From the NCBI GenBank assembly GCA_950097015.1, contig CATNEN010000003.1, positions 5,208,001 to 5,272,000 on the forward strand: DNA of 64,000 bases. Direction: 5' to 3'. The DNA is from Macrostomum hystrix. Its lineage: Eukaryota > Animalia > Platyhelminthes. Every line of letters starts with the position of its first letter. Positions within the stretch are counted from its first letter, which is position 1. Under the pieces are notes generated by a model. The model searched no databases, was not told the DNA's origin, and saw nothing but the letters and a program-made list of their open reading frames with translations. Of the stretch, positions 49,001-61,719 are shown one piece after another. Position numbers and translations under genes: made by a program.

Positions 49001-51391
49001 ACCCAAAGAAACGTCTTAATTTTTTAGCGGGTATCTTACCTTGAGCGATCTTAGTCTCGATTCCTCGCGCAGCTCCTTGATCTTGGCGCCGGCTTTGCCA
49101 ATAACGCAGCCAGCCTGAGACTGGTGCACCAGTAGGCGCATATCAATATCGCCCGTGTTGCTAACGGCACCCTGGTGAGAATCGCGTCCAGCTGATTCTT
49201 CTAGAAGAGCATTGAACAGTTCGCGCAGAATGTTCTGTATAGTATCCGGCTCGCCTTCCAGAGTGAACACACTTTAGGAGTCGGCGGGTACAGTTAAAGG
49301 GAGGGGAGAAATCAATTAGACTTTAGCCACTTTCTTTTCTTAGATATATATTAACAATGTTAAGGGTTTTGCTATTATCTATTTTGCTATTTTGGGTGAC
49401 CACAGAATCCCATTTTCAACTTTTAAAATTATTTAACCAGGTATAAACATATGAATGTAGAATTTCAAAACTAATTGAAATTTTAAGAATTCTGTGGTCA
49501 CTCAAAATAGGGTACACTTTAAAACACAACTGGGGTAGCATTTCATTAATTAGTTCCTAAAGCACTTTGAGACTTGTAGATGAGGATTATTTCTTCTTAT
49601 CTGTGCCCTAGGTAGAGTTTTATTTAGAAAATTTGAAGTTTAGTTTTTAACTATGTTTAGAACCTGTTGAACACTTTGAATGCTTCATGTCTAAATGCTA
49701 ATATGTATGCTGCTATGGAAATTTATCGTGCAAGCAAAGGTTTCCATTTGAAATAGAAAATTAGACGTGAAAGAGGGCAGAGAAAGAAGAGAAGACAAGA
49801 AACGCTGGATGGGCTATATGAGATAATTTAAGGAGAGGTGGTTGCTTAGTGTGAATTTGAGTAAAGCTTGTATTGAAACTTCAGACGGGAAAAACATTTT
49901 AGAAGAAGTTGTGGAACATTTCTTTGAAAACCAACAAGCAAATTTAAATAATATAATAGGCGAGGGACTAGTACCGTTCAGGGCCATTGGAATCGGGTAC
50001 GGAGACTTTGGCGGAGTACTGGAAAGCGGAGAAACGGGGTTGGAGATTGGCAAATTGGATTTTGGACGACCGCGGGCAGACACTTGCCAAAAATGTGCAT
50101 ATAGTGTGAATCAGAGCCATAACGGTAGCCCCTGGAATAGGAGGCAGGCGCGAATGGTTTCTGTTTTGTTAATGACAAATGGCAAACGCATTTTCATAAG
50201 TCCGGGTAAGGCCTTTAGGTGTAGAAATTGTTGCACATAAAGTTAAATATTGCAAACAATGTATTTAACTAGTTAAACTCTGCAATTAGCACAGATTTAA
50301 TAACAGGATAGCCAATTAAATTAGGCGTACGACTGGACACGGAGGTTCCTTGGTGTAGTCAGGATTGCAGGACAATGGACCTGGATTATTATCTAAGTAC
50401 AGGTTGGTCCATTAATGACGAGCTGGTCCATTAAGAACGCAATGAATGCAAGGATGGTAAGGTTCTTAGACCGAAGCATCGGGATAGACGGACGGACCGT
50501 GATAGCAGGTCAAGGATGAACGGTCGGACGGAGAAGGCGGACAGGGCGATGGCAGCGGGCACCCATTTATCCAACTTTCAACACAGGCTCTGTTGGGCTA
50601 GGGTTTCCTGAAATAGACGATACCTGGAGACTCGGTGCGCTATGAATATATAAGAAAGCACAGGATTAAAATTTAATTTAGCAAGGCCAATTTCAACGGT
50701 ATTTGACAGGCAATAATATACGTACAATTATTTCAACTACATACAGGAGATACCTACAAAATGCTAAGAACATTACGATGTATGCTAAAATCAGTTATAC
50801 TATAATAGGACAAAATATTATACGTATATAGGTATTCTTACAACACAGAAAATATTATTTACTATATTATGTAAAAATAACTTTACAGAGCACAATTTTC
50901 AGAGAACTAATGATAGGCGATGAATAACAAAGAATTGTTAAAAACACATGAGCATAAAAAACCTAATTTGAGGATTGAATAAATTCAAATTGCTTACAGT
51001 TAAAATAGTAATTTGATTTAGGACAAAAAAACATTGAAAAAATCGTTTTACCTCCTCTCGCATGCGTTTAATATTAGAGCCACCTTTGCCAATGATGACA
51101 CCAGCCATCTAAAAGAAAAGCAAATGTGTCTTCAAATTCAAAAGTAAATTGCTATGGATGAAATATATTTTAGTCATCACACTGACCTTAGATGGAATTA
51201 GGAAGCGAAGTTCAACACGAGATCCAGTGAACTGACGTTTGCTTGGTGGCTCATTAGTGTGATCCATATTGGAGCGCTTAAGGTCTGTAATATAATATTT
51301 GCTACTTTTTTATTCAGACATTGACATACAGGAGAAATTGTTAGACTAAAGAGGGAGACAAATCATACTTACCGTCCTTCACACTTTCCAT
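46024..51391 (-). CDS. HNRNPK: Heterogeneous nuclear ribonucleoprotein K (three KH domains), 373 aa
   Basis: Exons 51391-51373, 51284-51187, 51108-51052, 50018-49975, 49271-49040, 48325-47867, 47569-47385, 46051-46024; 1122 nt, phases consistent. Motifs [71 protein letters not shown]. Confidence 0.93.
46210..46450 (-). mobile_element. tRNA-derived SINE copy in the last hnRNP K intron
   Basis: TTCAGTCCATGGAC, GGTACCCATT, AAGGACACAAATTGTT, GGGAATCGAACCC. Confidence 0.75.
48624..49031. mobile_element. ~410-bp MITE with TA flanks in hnRNP K intron 5
   Basis: Inverted ends CCCTGTAAAAAATT / AATTTTTTAGCGGG, each flanked by TA; internal repeated GGAATC/GATTCC motifs. Confidence 0.55.
49387..49510. 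repeat. 124-bp inverted repeat (tiny MITE or hairpin) in hnRNP K intron 4
   Basis: CTATTTTGGGTGACCACAGAAT vs ATTCTGTGGTCACTCAAAATAG, 21 of 22 complementary. Confidence 0.7.
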
Positions 51392-54300
51392 AAAATGTTA
51401 CAAACTGGCCGGTAGGATGGCAACAAAACTCTTGAATCACTGAAGCTGTATAGAGCAAGAAATTGCCTTAAATATTGTGCCTTAACTGGGGTAAAGGTCA
51501 AGGACAACAGAAAGAGATAATGATGGATTAAGGAATATGTTTGAAAGAATAATCAATATTCCAATTCTGTTTTGTAGCTGGTCTGCAGATGTTAAGGACA
51601 ACAATCTGAAATTTTGGGAATTTTGACAAATAGAAATTGATTTGTGAAAGTTATTTCTTAAGAGTTCAGTAAAAGGTACTAAATAAAAATGTTTTTTATT
51701 TTCCTACTATATGTAGCCTTCTTTAGCCTATCTATTCTATAATTACATTTTTAGTTTGTTTGTCACTTTAGTATTTCAACTATCAGACTTAGTTATCTCA
51801 CAATGACTATTAAGAGTATTTCCTAAAGACCAGAGAAACAATCATCCTTACTTTACTTTAATGTTTAAATGAAAATATTGGGCAAAAAACATTAACTTGT
51901 CTTAGACACATCTAAACCTCATATCTATCAACACTAAGCTACTAGGCCTATCTAAAAATAGACCAGTAATAAAAATAATTGAAATGCTTATTGCTACAGT
52001 GCTATGCCATGGTATTCCACTAACTTGTAGACTATTGTTATGGTAGAACCATGGCAATAAGTCCCACTAATTGGCTTGGAAGGAAGACTGAAAATATAGG
52101 TACAATATCTTCTACATTAAAGCCATTTTGTTTTTAGAAGTGTAAGTAAAAGAATAATAATGAATATAAATTTGTTCATCCAAAAATGCTATAAAATGTT
52201 TTTATTCTAATAAAAGTTAAAATATTGAAAATGAAAACTATTAATTAAAAATAAAAAATACATCTTATATACAATAAATAGAAAATTTTACATTTAACTT
52301 TTTTAAAATTTGAAATGAACATTTTTAAAACAATAGGGGGGGCCTAATCTTACTTTTTAACTGTATCAATTTTTGTCTTGTTGCTATTACATTACTGTAG
52401 CATATGCAAAGTCTATATCTATTTAAGTCTAGTCTATGATGCTCATAAGCTAAATTAATTGCCAGTATATGGAAGAAATAGACTTTGTCCTCTGGTTAAG
52501 TTATAAGTTATTAGAACTACAGAGTCTGCACTGTTACAAAAAGCAATGCTGATAATATTTCCTCAAAAAACTACTAAGACTTAAAGTTTGACAGGGCCTA
52601 ACATTGCATTGACCATACTTACACTGTATATTTGAGGTTAAGGCTCTACTCTAGCTAGTATAGGCCAATTGCCTTAGATTGAATTCTGGCTAGCTGTTCT
52701 TATTAGCGGATAAATAGGTAGGCGTCATAGGCCTGTCTATCAAGTCAAAGGAAGAGCTCAAATAATCTGAGACTAGGGAGACTAGGTCTAGAAAAAAAAT
52801 TAAGATAATATGGGCCTATCCTACAGTAGGCCTATGTTGCCTTTCCTTAGCGTTATACTTGCCACATTCATAAACTAATTTGTTAGTATAACACTTGCGA
52901 TAGCTATAGACCATACACGTTGAGAACATACCACAGAAGTTGTTAAAAGTATTATTACGAAATAGTATATATACAAAAGCTTGCAGGTTTCAAATATTAA
53001 TTTTATATAAGAGAAGCTTAATTACGCACTAGCTGTTCATAATATCGTCTAATTGAACTAGCGATGTAGACAAGAGACAAAGGCAGTTAACGGAAAATGA
53101 GTAATAAACATATGTTAAAATGCCACACGCACTTTGATCAGAAGTTTTTTTTAGAATTTATAACAAATTTAACAATCACATTTCTGCTAAGATTACATTT
53201 TTGTTTTTTAGCAGATTAGGAACATTTAAAGCATTGCTTATTGATAAAATAATAGTTATGGTTTATTTATGCTGCTTTTTGCTAGCCTATTACGCTAGAT
53301 AAAAAATGCAACATCTACACCAAAACATGCCACAAAATATCTGTCCAAATGATACACTTTATCACATAGGCGATATTTTCTGGGCCTTATCTAAAGTTTT
53401 GCATTATCATCACTACCTATTAATTATGAATTAGGCGATCGAAGCGATATCAGTAGCTACAATGACGACTCAAGTATATAACCTTAAATGGTTTCCTGAT
53501 TTTAATGGAGTAAATAATATAAAACTTAAAATTTAATAAGACAATTGTAAAGTATCGAGTAAGAAGCATCGAAAACAATTTCAAAGCCGGAGTCAATAAG
53601 CAAAAATAATTACTAGAAGTTAAAATTATGCTTTCAAAAGTCAAAACGGGCAAACGAAACGAAGATTGTAGGGAAGCTGGCTTTATTTTAAATGTTTATA
53701 CAAAATTGTAGCATAACACAACAGAATCCTTAATTTTAGTAATACGTTTGTTATTATCCGATTAGAAAATATATTTTATTGCCTAGAATACGTTCTATAA
53801 ACCGGATCAATGACTAATAAGATATACTGAAAAAAATCAAAAACGTATTTCTTGTGGTCCTTGGTCTGAGAATACACACGGGTTGAATCAAAGAATTGGT
53901 AAATAATGAGTAACAATTAAAAAAAAGAAAAAAACTCAAATGTTAAATGTTTTTCTACCACAGAGCTTTATAAACGACCTAGCACGTCCTACACAACTAA
54001 AATCTGTCTGTTAAAGAAAGACAAGAAACACGATCTGTTATTAATGTTTAGCGCGATTTTTTAAAAATTCTATACAATGTTAAAACAAATGATTGCACGT
54101 GAAAGCAAGTAAAGCAAGAGATAACGAGTTGGCGCTACTTCGGTAAACTTGGGAATAAAAGCGGAAGCAAACAGCAGCTCAATTGGAGCAGAGTACAGGA
54201 ACATATGTTTTCGTATTAAAAAATAAATAATAATAATTTTAAAGCTGCTTAAAAAGGTAGTTAGGTAAAACAGTTTGAGTAGCGGCATTCACGGTTTTGA

Positions 54301-54641
54301 TTACATAAGGATGTATCTCGATAAACCGACTATATAAAAATGAGTGCAAATAAATATTAGACGATTTTGAACAAGAAACAAAACTTTAATTAATTTAAAA
54401 TACAGGATTGTCGATTTGGTACAATGCAAACAGTTCAGAATGTACAAAATGTATAGATTCCTCTTTTTTACCCACTGGAGTAAAACAACAACACAATATC
54501 TAAATTTGTGATAGATTTAAAGTTTTCGATGGACAAATGACACAATGCTGTTGTTCAAAATTGGTGAACCCTTTAAGCTGGATTAAAGAATTGGGGCTAA
54601 CACCATTTTTTACATTACATCTTTCATTTATTGCTCAAGAG

Positions 54642-57401
54642 TTAACTGCTAGTCATCTCAGCCAAAGCTAAAGTGCGCATAGCATCAACAGCCGAGTATT
54701 CCACAGTTCCTATGGCAACAGCAGGCTTTGTCGCGTTGGTGACGGCCTGATTGGCAGCCTCCGCCGAAGCGTGCTGCATTTCGCCAATATCCAACTGAGC
54801 ATAGTTCGTCTGAAAACCGAAAATAATTGAGTAGAAATAACTTCAATCGCCTACACCTTCAGTTATACACTAACAAATTCCGAATCTGATACAGCTGAAC
54901 CTGAACATTCAGTGTGTATCCCTGATACAGCTGAACCTGAACCTTCAGTGTGTATCCCTGATACAGCTGAACCTGAACCTTCAGTGTGTATCCCTGATAC
55001 AGCTGAACCTGAACATTCAGTGTGTATCTCTGATACAGCTGAACCTGAACCTTCAGTGTGTATCCCTGATACAGCTGAACCTGAACCTTCAGTGTGAATC
55101 TCTGATGCAGTAACAGCTGATACTGAAGCTTCAGTGTGAATCGTTGTGCACTCATGCAACTTCATTGCGAATCCCTATTAGGTATAGATTGAGCAATTCT
55201 GTGACGTACACAATTAGCTAATCCATTTTCCTCAGGGACAACAATAGCATCGCCGGTGGAAGCAGTCGAAGTAGACGATGACGATTTGGACTCTTGGCGT
55301 CGCCTAGGTAACGGTAGACAATCTGCAAAGTCGTCTTGTTCGAGAACCAGATTATTTTGTTGCCCAATCACTCTAGCAGATTGATTTGTAGTTAAAGAAT
55401 TTGATTGAGTCGAACTATCCGATGTTAGATTAATGTAGCCCTTGCTATTCATAGCTGCGGCCGGTGCTGGAGTTGACGAGTTTTCGGCAACACTTGCCTG
55501 GATAAAATGACCAGAGAAGGCGCTGGTTGTGGTTGTAGACAAATATACATAGTCGTCATCTGCAGGGTCAGGCATTGTTCTATTTGACAAAGGATGCTGA
55601 TGCGCCTGAAGATGAGGAATAGTCGGCGGTGGCGGCTGCACAGCTGGTCCCGTACCCGGCAGCTTTGGCAGGCCGCATGCCTGACCGATGCATTCCACCC
55701 AATGACTGGCAACAATGGGACTTTCGGCTAGAAAATAATAGCGACGCTGTGAATTGCGGCCATTTGTTGAATTCCGATCTCCAATAGACACTAGTATGGA
55801 GAATGCGCACCTGTATGGTTTTATAGTAATTCGGATTCTGAATTTGTCTTGCGTGTGACAGAAATGCAAACTGAAGATGGCAAATACATTTACCCTTAAA
55901 GTTACTTTTATTCTTACTTTTTTATCATTCTTTTATTGTTGCTCTTCGTTTTTATTTCGTTTCGATCAATTGCGACTAATTTTAGAATTAAGTATTAAAG
56001 CATACTATAACAATAGTTATAGTTGTATTAAGCGCTGTTGTTGTTTTCGTGCGGGCTATTTTAAGAACTTGGACCCTCGACTTAAAGGTCGGGGGTTCGA
56101 TTCCCGGTACCAAATAATATACCATTAATTACCCATGCTTTAAGGGCGTTAATGGAAAATCAGAGGGCGCCGTTAGTCGCCGAGGATTTTTCAATGACGC
56201 CCGCAAAGCTTGGGTATCAATTTTATTGTACCATAGACGTTTTCGCCCAAGCTACACTTTCAGAGTCACTTCGGGGTGCCATAGACATTTTTGCCTCAGT
56301 AAGCCATTCCTATTGGTCGATGCCTTTTTGCGGGCGGTTTATGGCTATTAATTACCGAGCATTAATTCATCTATGGCCATTAACGGGCAAGACTTTCTGC
56401 CCGCCGGGCAAAAAGGTCATGGTACAATATTTTTTGTATTGTAGTGAGACGTTTTTTCTGAATTTCTTCGGTTAAGTGAGGCTAGGTGTGGCGTCTTCTG
56501 TGTCCATAGACTGAAGATTAAGCCCGTAGATGTATTAACTGCGGCTGCGCTGAACTGAAAAAAAATAATAATAATTGATTACACCTGCGCCGATTGGGCC
56601 AGATGTGCAGCCGACAGCACAGCCGCAGCGATTGCCCGGCGCATCTGAAGGCCGCGTACAGCTCCTGTTCAGTCCATGGACTGTGAGGAGGGCGCCACAA
56701 ACAAACCTAATTACCCCAGCTAATGCAGGTACCCATTTAACATCTGGGTGAACTGAAGCAATGGAGTTAAGGGTCTAGCTAAAGGACACAAATTGTTTCA
56801 GTGGAGTGGGGAATCAAACCCCCGACCTTCAATCCTTTAATCACAAGGCTACAACCTCAAGCCTGCAAATCTTAAAAGTTCATCAATTATATAAACAATT
56901 TATTAGCCAAATAACCTCTGCAGCCAATCAGCTTCGTCTGAATAATCGGCAGTCGAGTCAGTCGATGCCTCGCCATTGCCGACTGTGCAACGGCGCGGCC
57001 GAGACGGTATGAGCTCTGCTGGCAGTGTTGCCATGGCGTTACTAGGCGGTCGATCGCGAGCCGCAACGCTGAGAATTTGAGCTAGCTCGATAATACCCTT
57101 AGGACGGCCGCGCCTGTCCCCACTGCTGGCACGGTAGTAGGCTAAGCATCTGCTTTGCTCACTCAACGTCAGTTCAAAATATCGTCGTCTCCACTTCTGA
57201 AGTAAGAACATGGAGCAGGGAAAATTAAAAAAGTAGGCCTAATACAAAGAAAATTATAATGAATTCAAGTTAATGCTAGCTGGAAAAGCTTACAGGTAAG
57301 AATCTCTTTGGTCTCTTGATGTGCTTGAAGATTGTCCGGCTAAATTCTGGTGGCGATTTTGCCAGCCAACCTGAGTTGATCACCAGTAACTGGGCGTCCA
57401 T
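54642..57401 (-). CDS. Gab/DOS-family PH-domain docking protein, 385 aa
   Basis: Exons 57401-57294, 57196-56916, 55810-55210, 54809-54642; 1158 nt in frame. Motifs SGWLAKSPPE, KWRRRYFEL, YFLAES..WVECIGQACG; C-terminal twin SHP2-type sites NYAQLD and VEYSAVD..RTLAL. Confidence 0.85.
54885..55140. repeat. 36-bp minisatellite in Gab intron 3
   Basis: Units CTGATACAGCTGAACCTGAACCTTCAGTGTGTATCC. Confidence 0.9.
56228..56424. mobile_element. Putative small MITE; related end also at ~36460
   Basis: Imperfect inverted ends TGTACCATAGACGTTTTCGCCC / GGGCAAAAAGGTCATGGTACA; TACCATAGACATTTTTGCCC recurs at 36460. Confidence 0.4.
56566..56860 (-). mobile_element. Near full-length tRNA-derived SINE copy in Gab intron 2
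   Basis: Head GAGGTTGTAGCCTTGTG, B-box-like GGTTTGATTCCC, shared body, 3' end AGGTGTAATCAA followed by a (TTA)n tail. Confidence 0.8.
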
Positions 57402-60400
57402 GCAACTGAAATTTGAAATTAAGTTGTACTTTATTATAACAAATTATAACATGACCTAAAAACTGTAAATAATCTCATTCTTGTAAGATGATACAAACTA
57501 GTTAGCAGAACACTAGAATCAGCTATGGGACAAAATTAAGTGTCCATGGACCATCACTAAGCTTGATATTTTTTGTTTCAATTTTATTGCTTCATTTATA
57601 TAGGGTCTAGTTCTAGTGCAAATATTAAGTGTACAAGTGTGTAAATAGGAGATACAAGATCTAGTACATATACTATAGCTTGATTACAGAGTTGCTAAAA
57701 AGAAAGCAAAAAAATCACTAAAAGCTATGCTAATTAGTACCATCTAAGGAACTTACAGCTACCTAGTAATAATGAATAAGAATACCAACTGCAAACTGAC
57801 TACATTAGATCTTAGATGTTAACCATTAATTTTAACTCATCTCGATTCGTTTGGCAGACTGGCATTGCCAGATCATTGTCATAAAATTTATCAACAGCTA
57901 GGCAAAGGGTAAAAAAATTAGCAACTAGTAGAAAACAGCAATCTGTAAGTGACTGAAAACACAGAAGCTAGGTAGTCAAACAGTAAATGAAAGTAGTTAC
58001 ATATACTTGTATATAAAAGTATAAGCCATTCTAGAAGACCATTGGTTATTCCCCCTGACTCCCCACCCAGCTCAGCCAACTGAAGTGGTCTTGGTGTTTG
58101 GCCGTCTTGGTACTACACCAACCAACTATATTATTATATAGTTGTATTAATGTAGGACTAGCATAAATAAATGTCTGTGGAATAGCTAGCAAGCCCAGTT
58201 CAGTTCAAGCGAATAAGCTGTTTAGGTACATTTTTTTTTATTACTCAAGTGACTTAGGTCTGCAATCTGCATTTCACTTTGCTCTTAACTTGGTAGAGCA
58301 AAAGCCAAAATGACATTAAAATTTACAGTAGTAGGCGGAGCTAAGGCAAAATTAACTAAGGCAAACTCCCGTTTAACCGATAATATATTTATATTATCCT
58401 TTCTTACGATTTTTATAGTATATTGATGTCTGTCTAACGGACCGGAGTCTATATGCCATTACCACTTAAAATAATGTGTTTTTTATCTATAAAACAGGAA
58501 TAAGCGAATCGTTTAAATTAAATACTGTTGATCAACTATAACTCAAAAGTTCACTAACGGCTGAACAAAAGAACTATATGAAAATATATCTGCTAGATAT
58601 TATTTAATAAAACAAGAAAAAATACGGCCCTTTTCTAATTCGTAAAAATTCCAAATATAAAGTTTGATATAACCATTGCGTAAGTGTGTAAAATCCGTCA
58701 GTATAGCTGAACAATTCATAATGTTTGATTTTTAATAGAGGAGGACCACGTCAGTTATTTCGCTCCTTTGCAGTATTAGAAACTTCAAATAAAACAGCAG
58801 CGTTAGAATAAGGGAACTGTCCCTCAATTCCTTGAAACCCATCTTGCTGTTCCGATTAATAAGATAAGACTTTTCTTGAATCTACATTTGCCCAAGCTAG
58901 AGAAAATAGTTCCGTCTCGAAAATTTTCAGAAAATTTCCATCAGTAGGCGCTTGTTTTAAAGTACTGTATATAAAATTAATTTTCTAATTGGATATAAAT
59001 TGTACAGTAGTTTTTTTCCTGTTTCGGCGTTATGGGACGGTAAGGTGCATTTAAAAAAGTCAAATTAGAGCAAGCCAATAAAATTATTAAAAAAAGTAAA
59101 ATATTCTAATAGTTGGTGCAACATTATACCTGCTGCACAATCGAGCAGAAGGTAATGCTCAGTTTTACTTAGTTACTTAGTTTTTATCTGCAGAAATCAT
59201 AATATTTACATTACAAGACTATATACACATCTCATCCTGGAATTGTGTTGGCTATAGCAGTTAAATCTAAATACTGTAGAACTGACGCTGAAATTATACA
59301 CGCACGAAAGACCGAGAGTCCACTAAACTTTTATAGAAAAAATTAGCTCGCATGCACCAAAAACGCATAACGACAACCCACAAAAAGCCTCTCATTAAAG
59401 TGGGTGTAATAGGCGCTAAAGCACTTACCGAACTAATATGGCATGCGCGATAGAAATTCTAATCGTCTTCACATACCACCAAGACACTGCGTCAATGCCT
59501 GCTGAACACGAAGGAGCCAGAAGGTCGTCTCGCCAGGACATGAATGGATCATGTCCTTGCAGGAGATCAACTTCATGCTGCCTCCTGCCTTGACGGATGA
59601 TGAAATCGGGTGACGCAACCATGATGACCCGGTGCCGGGGGCTGTTCACCTATTGCTCATCAGACTGGGGCCCTGGCAAGGCAAGGCTGGTGAATTCGGA
59701 GAGACTGGAGCAATTTGGCAAGAGCTTCTGAAGCTGCTCCACAATGAGCCAGCTTTCACTGATCAGATCTGATGGAGGAATTGGACGACATTTAGACCGA
59801 ACATTCATACTTCTGGATAATTTCATCAGGCGAAAAGGTGCCGACCAAACTCTAAATGACAGCATGGATGTCAACCAATCTATAAATAATCAGTGGCCCA
59901 AGTAATAGACAACGCTTGTTTTGCATAAAAACTACACAAACAAGGATCGTTGAAATGCAGACCATGAGCCTAAGCTCCGACAATGCTGCTAAATCCAAGT
60001 CTTTCAGACTGTAGCACATATATAAAAAGGATTGATGCAAAAAATTGTCGTATGCAGCACGGTGGAATTGAAACAATGGCGGATGCAGCAGAAGCTCGGC
60101 AAAAAATCTCAGACGGATTCCGGAGCTCTGGGAGAATATTCCCATGAAACGGGTCTGTTATTTTATGCTTTGCAAAACATTTTCAATCGAAATTGAAGGT
60201 GACCTCTAGTACTGCTAGTCATTGTGTAAGCCGAAATCAAAATCAAAACTTTCATCGCAAAGGAAAAGAAATTGCTACTTTTTTTAACTTGGCATTAGCG
60301 GAAGTAAGATCAGACAACAAAGCGTTTGGCAGAGCATAAATTAAGCAGGGCGAGACAACTGGAGCTTGACAGAACTAAACAGCGACTCAGAAAAATTTGT

Positions 60401-60404
60401 AAAA

Positions 60405-61169
60405 ATGAGAAAACAATTCAAGTTTTGCCGAGCTGCAGCTCTCGTGTTGCTGATGCTGAGTCTAATCAGAAGTGCAGACGGCACTGGAGTTTTCAGCTTC
60501 TATGCCATTTTTGGTCAGCTCTGCATCAAGCCAGAGTTCGTGCAGACGCTTGCAGGGATTGATAGCATGATGGTCTGCGCTGCACAGTGCACCAGCCATC
60601 CTGGCTGCCCTGCCTTCACCATGGCTGACGGTCCGTGTCAGCTGTTCGTGTTCGACAAGTGCAGCAAGTCGGTGAGGGACTGCAGCTGCTCCAGGAGAGG
60701 CCAGGTGTTTGTGAAGGAGCAGCCGGGACTGCAGCCAGGCGCGCTGTGTCCGACTGGCTACGGTGACGACTTGTGCGGAGTGAAGTACAAGCTGCTGACT
60801 GACGCCGACTATTGGTGGCCGAGTCGACGGAGGTGCGAGGCAGAGAGCGGTCTGGTGATCATGGCCGACGTTGTAGACGCCGCTGAGATGACCCACGTGG
60901 AGAGTTTGTGGTCAGCTCAAGCTGGAGGCCAGTCGATCTGGCTCGGTGGCTTCCAGCCAGCTGGCAGCGTCGAGAGTCGAGGCGGCTGGTACTGGGTCGG
61001 CTGCAACATCACTCTGGATGACAGTCTCTGGAACGTAAACGAACCAGACAACAGTGGAGACAGAGAAAATGTGGTTGGAAGATATTTTTCGCGAGATCGA
61101 CTGGCTGACTTTTGGGAGTCTGTTGAAACCTTTAAAGTTATGTGCGAATGCACATCCCCATTCGACTGA
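60405..61169 (+). CDS. Secreted lectin: signal peptide, PAN/apple-like domain, EGF-like linker, C-type lectin domain; 254 aa, intronless
   Basis: MRKQFKFCRAAALVLLMLSLIRSADG; CAAQCTSHPGCPAF; CPTGYGDDLC; SIWLGG, WYWV, WNVNEPDN..ENVV, LAD..VMCE. Confidence 0.85.
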   Translation: MRKQFKFCRAAALVLLMLSLIRSADGTGVFSFYAIFGQLCIKPEFVQTLAGIDSMMVCAAQCTSHPGCPAFTMADGPCQLFVFDKCSKSVRDCSCSRRGQVFVKEQPGLQPGALCPTGYGDDLCGVKYKLLTDADYWWPSRRRCEAESGLVIMADVVDAAEMTHVESLWSAQAGGQSIWLGGFQPAGSVESRGGWYWVGCNITLDDSLWNVNEPDNSGDRENVVGRYFSRDRLADFWESVETFKVMCECTSPFD

Positions 61170-61493
61170 CAGCGCGAAGGGGCTAGGTCAGACTGCTGAA
61201 ACTGGCGACGATCTTCGTAAAACACAAGCAATTATTTTGCTTTTGATAGATGAAAGGAATTTGTGGAACTTGCAGTGAAATTTTAGTACTCGTACAGCGC
61301 GTTATCTTCATATAATATAATTTCAAGCTCTTCTCACCTGATGAAGAATTCGAAGTTTCCGAAATCAAGCCATGAAATTCTGCATTCACTCTGAATTACG
61401 AGAAGAAGCAACTGTTCGATGCCTTAACAGAGGTTCTGCGGCATTCCGTCAAACTAGTCGTACCTCTTTCCTTCAAAACATATTTCCGAGAAT

Positions 61494-61716
61494 GGCAGTG
61501 AGGCAGATTGGCAGTGAGGCAGATTGACAGTGAGGCAGATTGGCAGTGAGGCAGATTGACAGTGAGGCAGATTGGCAGTGAGGCAGATTGACAGTGAGGC
61601 AGATTGGCAGTGAGGCAGATTGACAGTGAGGCAGATTGGCAGTGAGGCAGATTGACAGTGAGGCAGATTGACAGTGAGGCAGATTGGCAGTGAGGCAGAT
61701 TGACAGTGAGGCAGAT
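61494..61716. repeat. 16-bp minisatellite (GRCAGTGAGGCAGATT)n
   Basis: Visible tandem units. Confidence 0.92.
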
Positions 61717-61719
61717 CTC

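Noticed and set aside
49814-50240. Plus-strand 132-aa ORF and overlapping short ORFs
   Set aside because: They overlap the 44-nt hnRNP K exon 4 and show no family motifs.
51392-54641. Gab and hnRNP K as one operon
   Set aside because: The gap is 3.2 kb, with a CG-rich zone near 53-54 kb that fits an independent promoter better; not decidable without transcript data.
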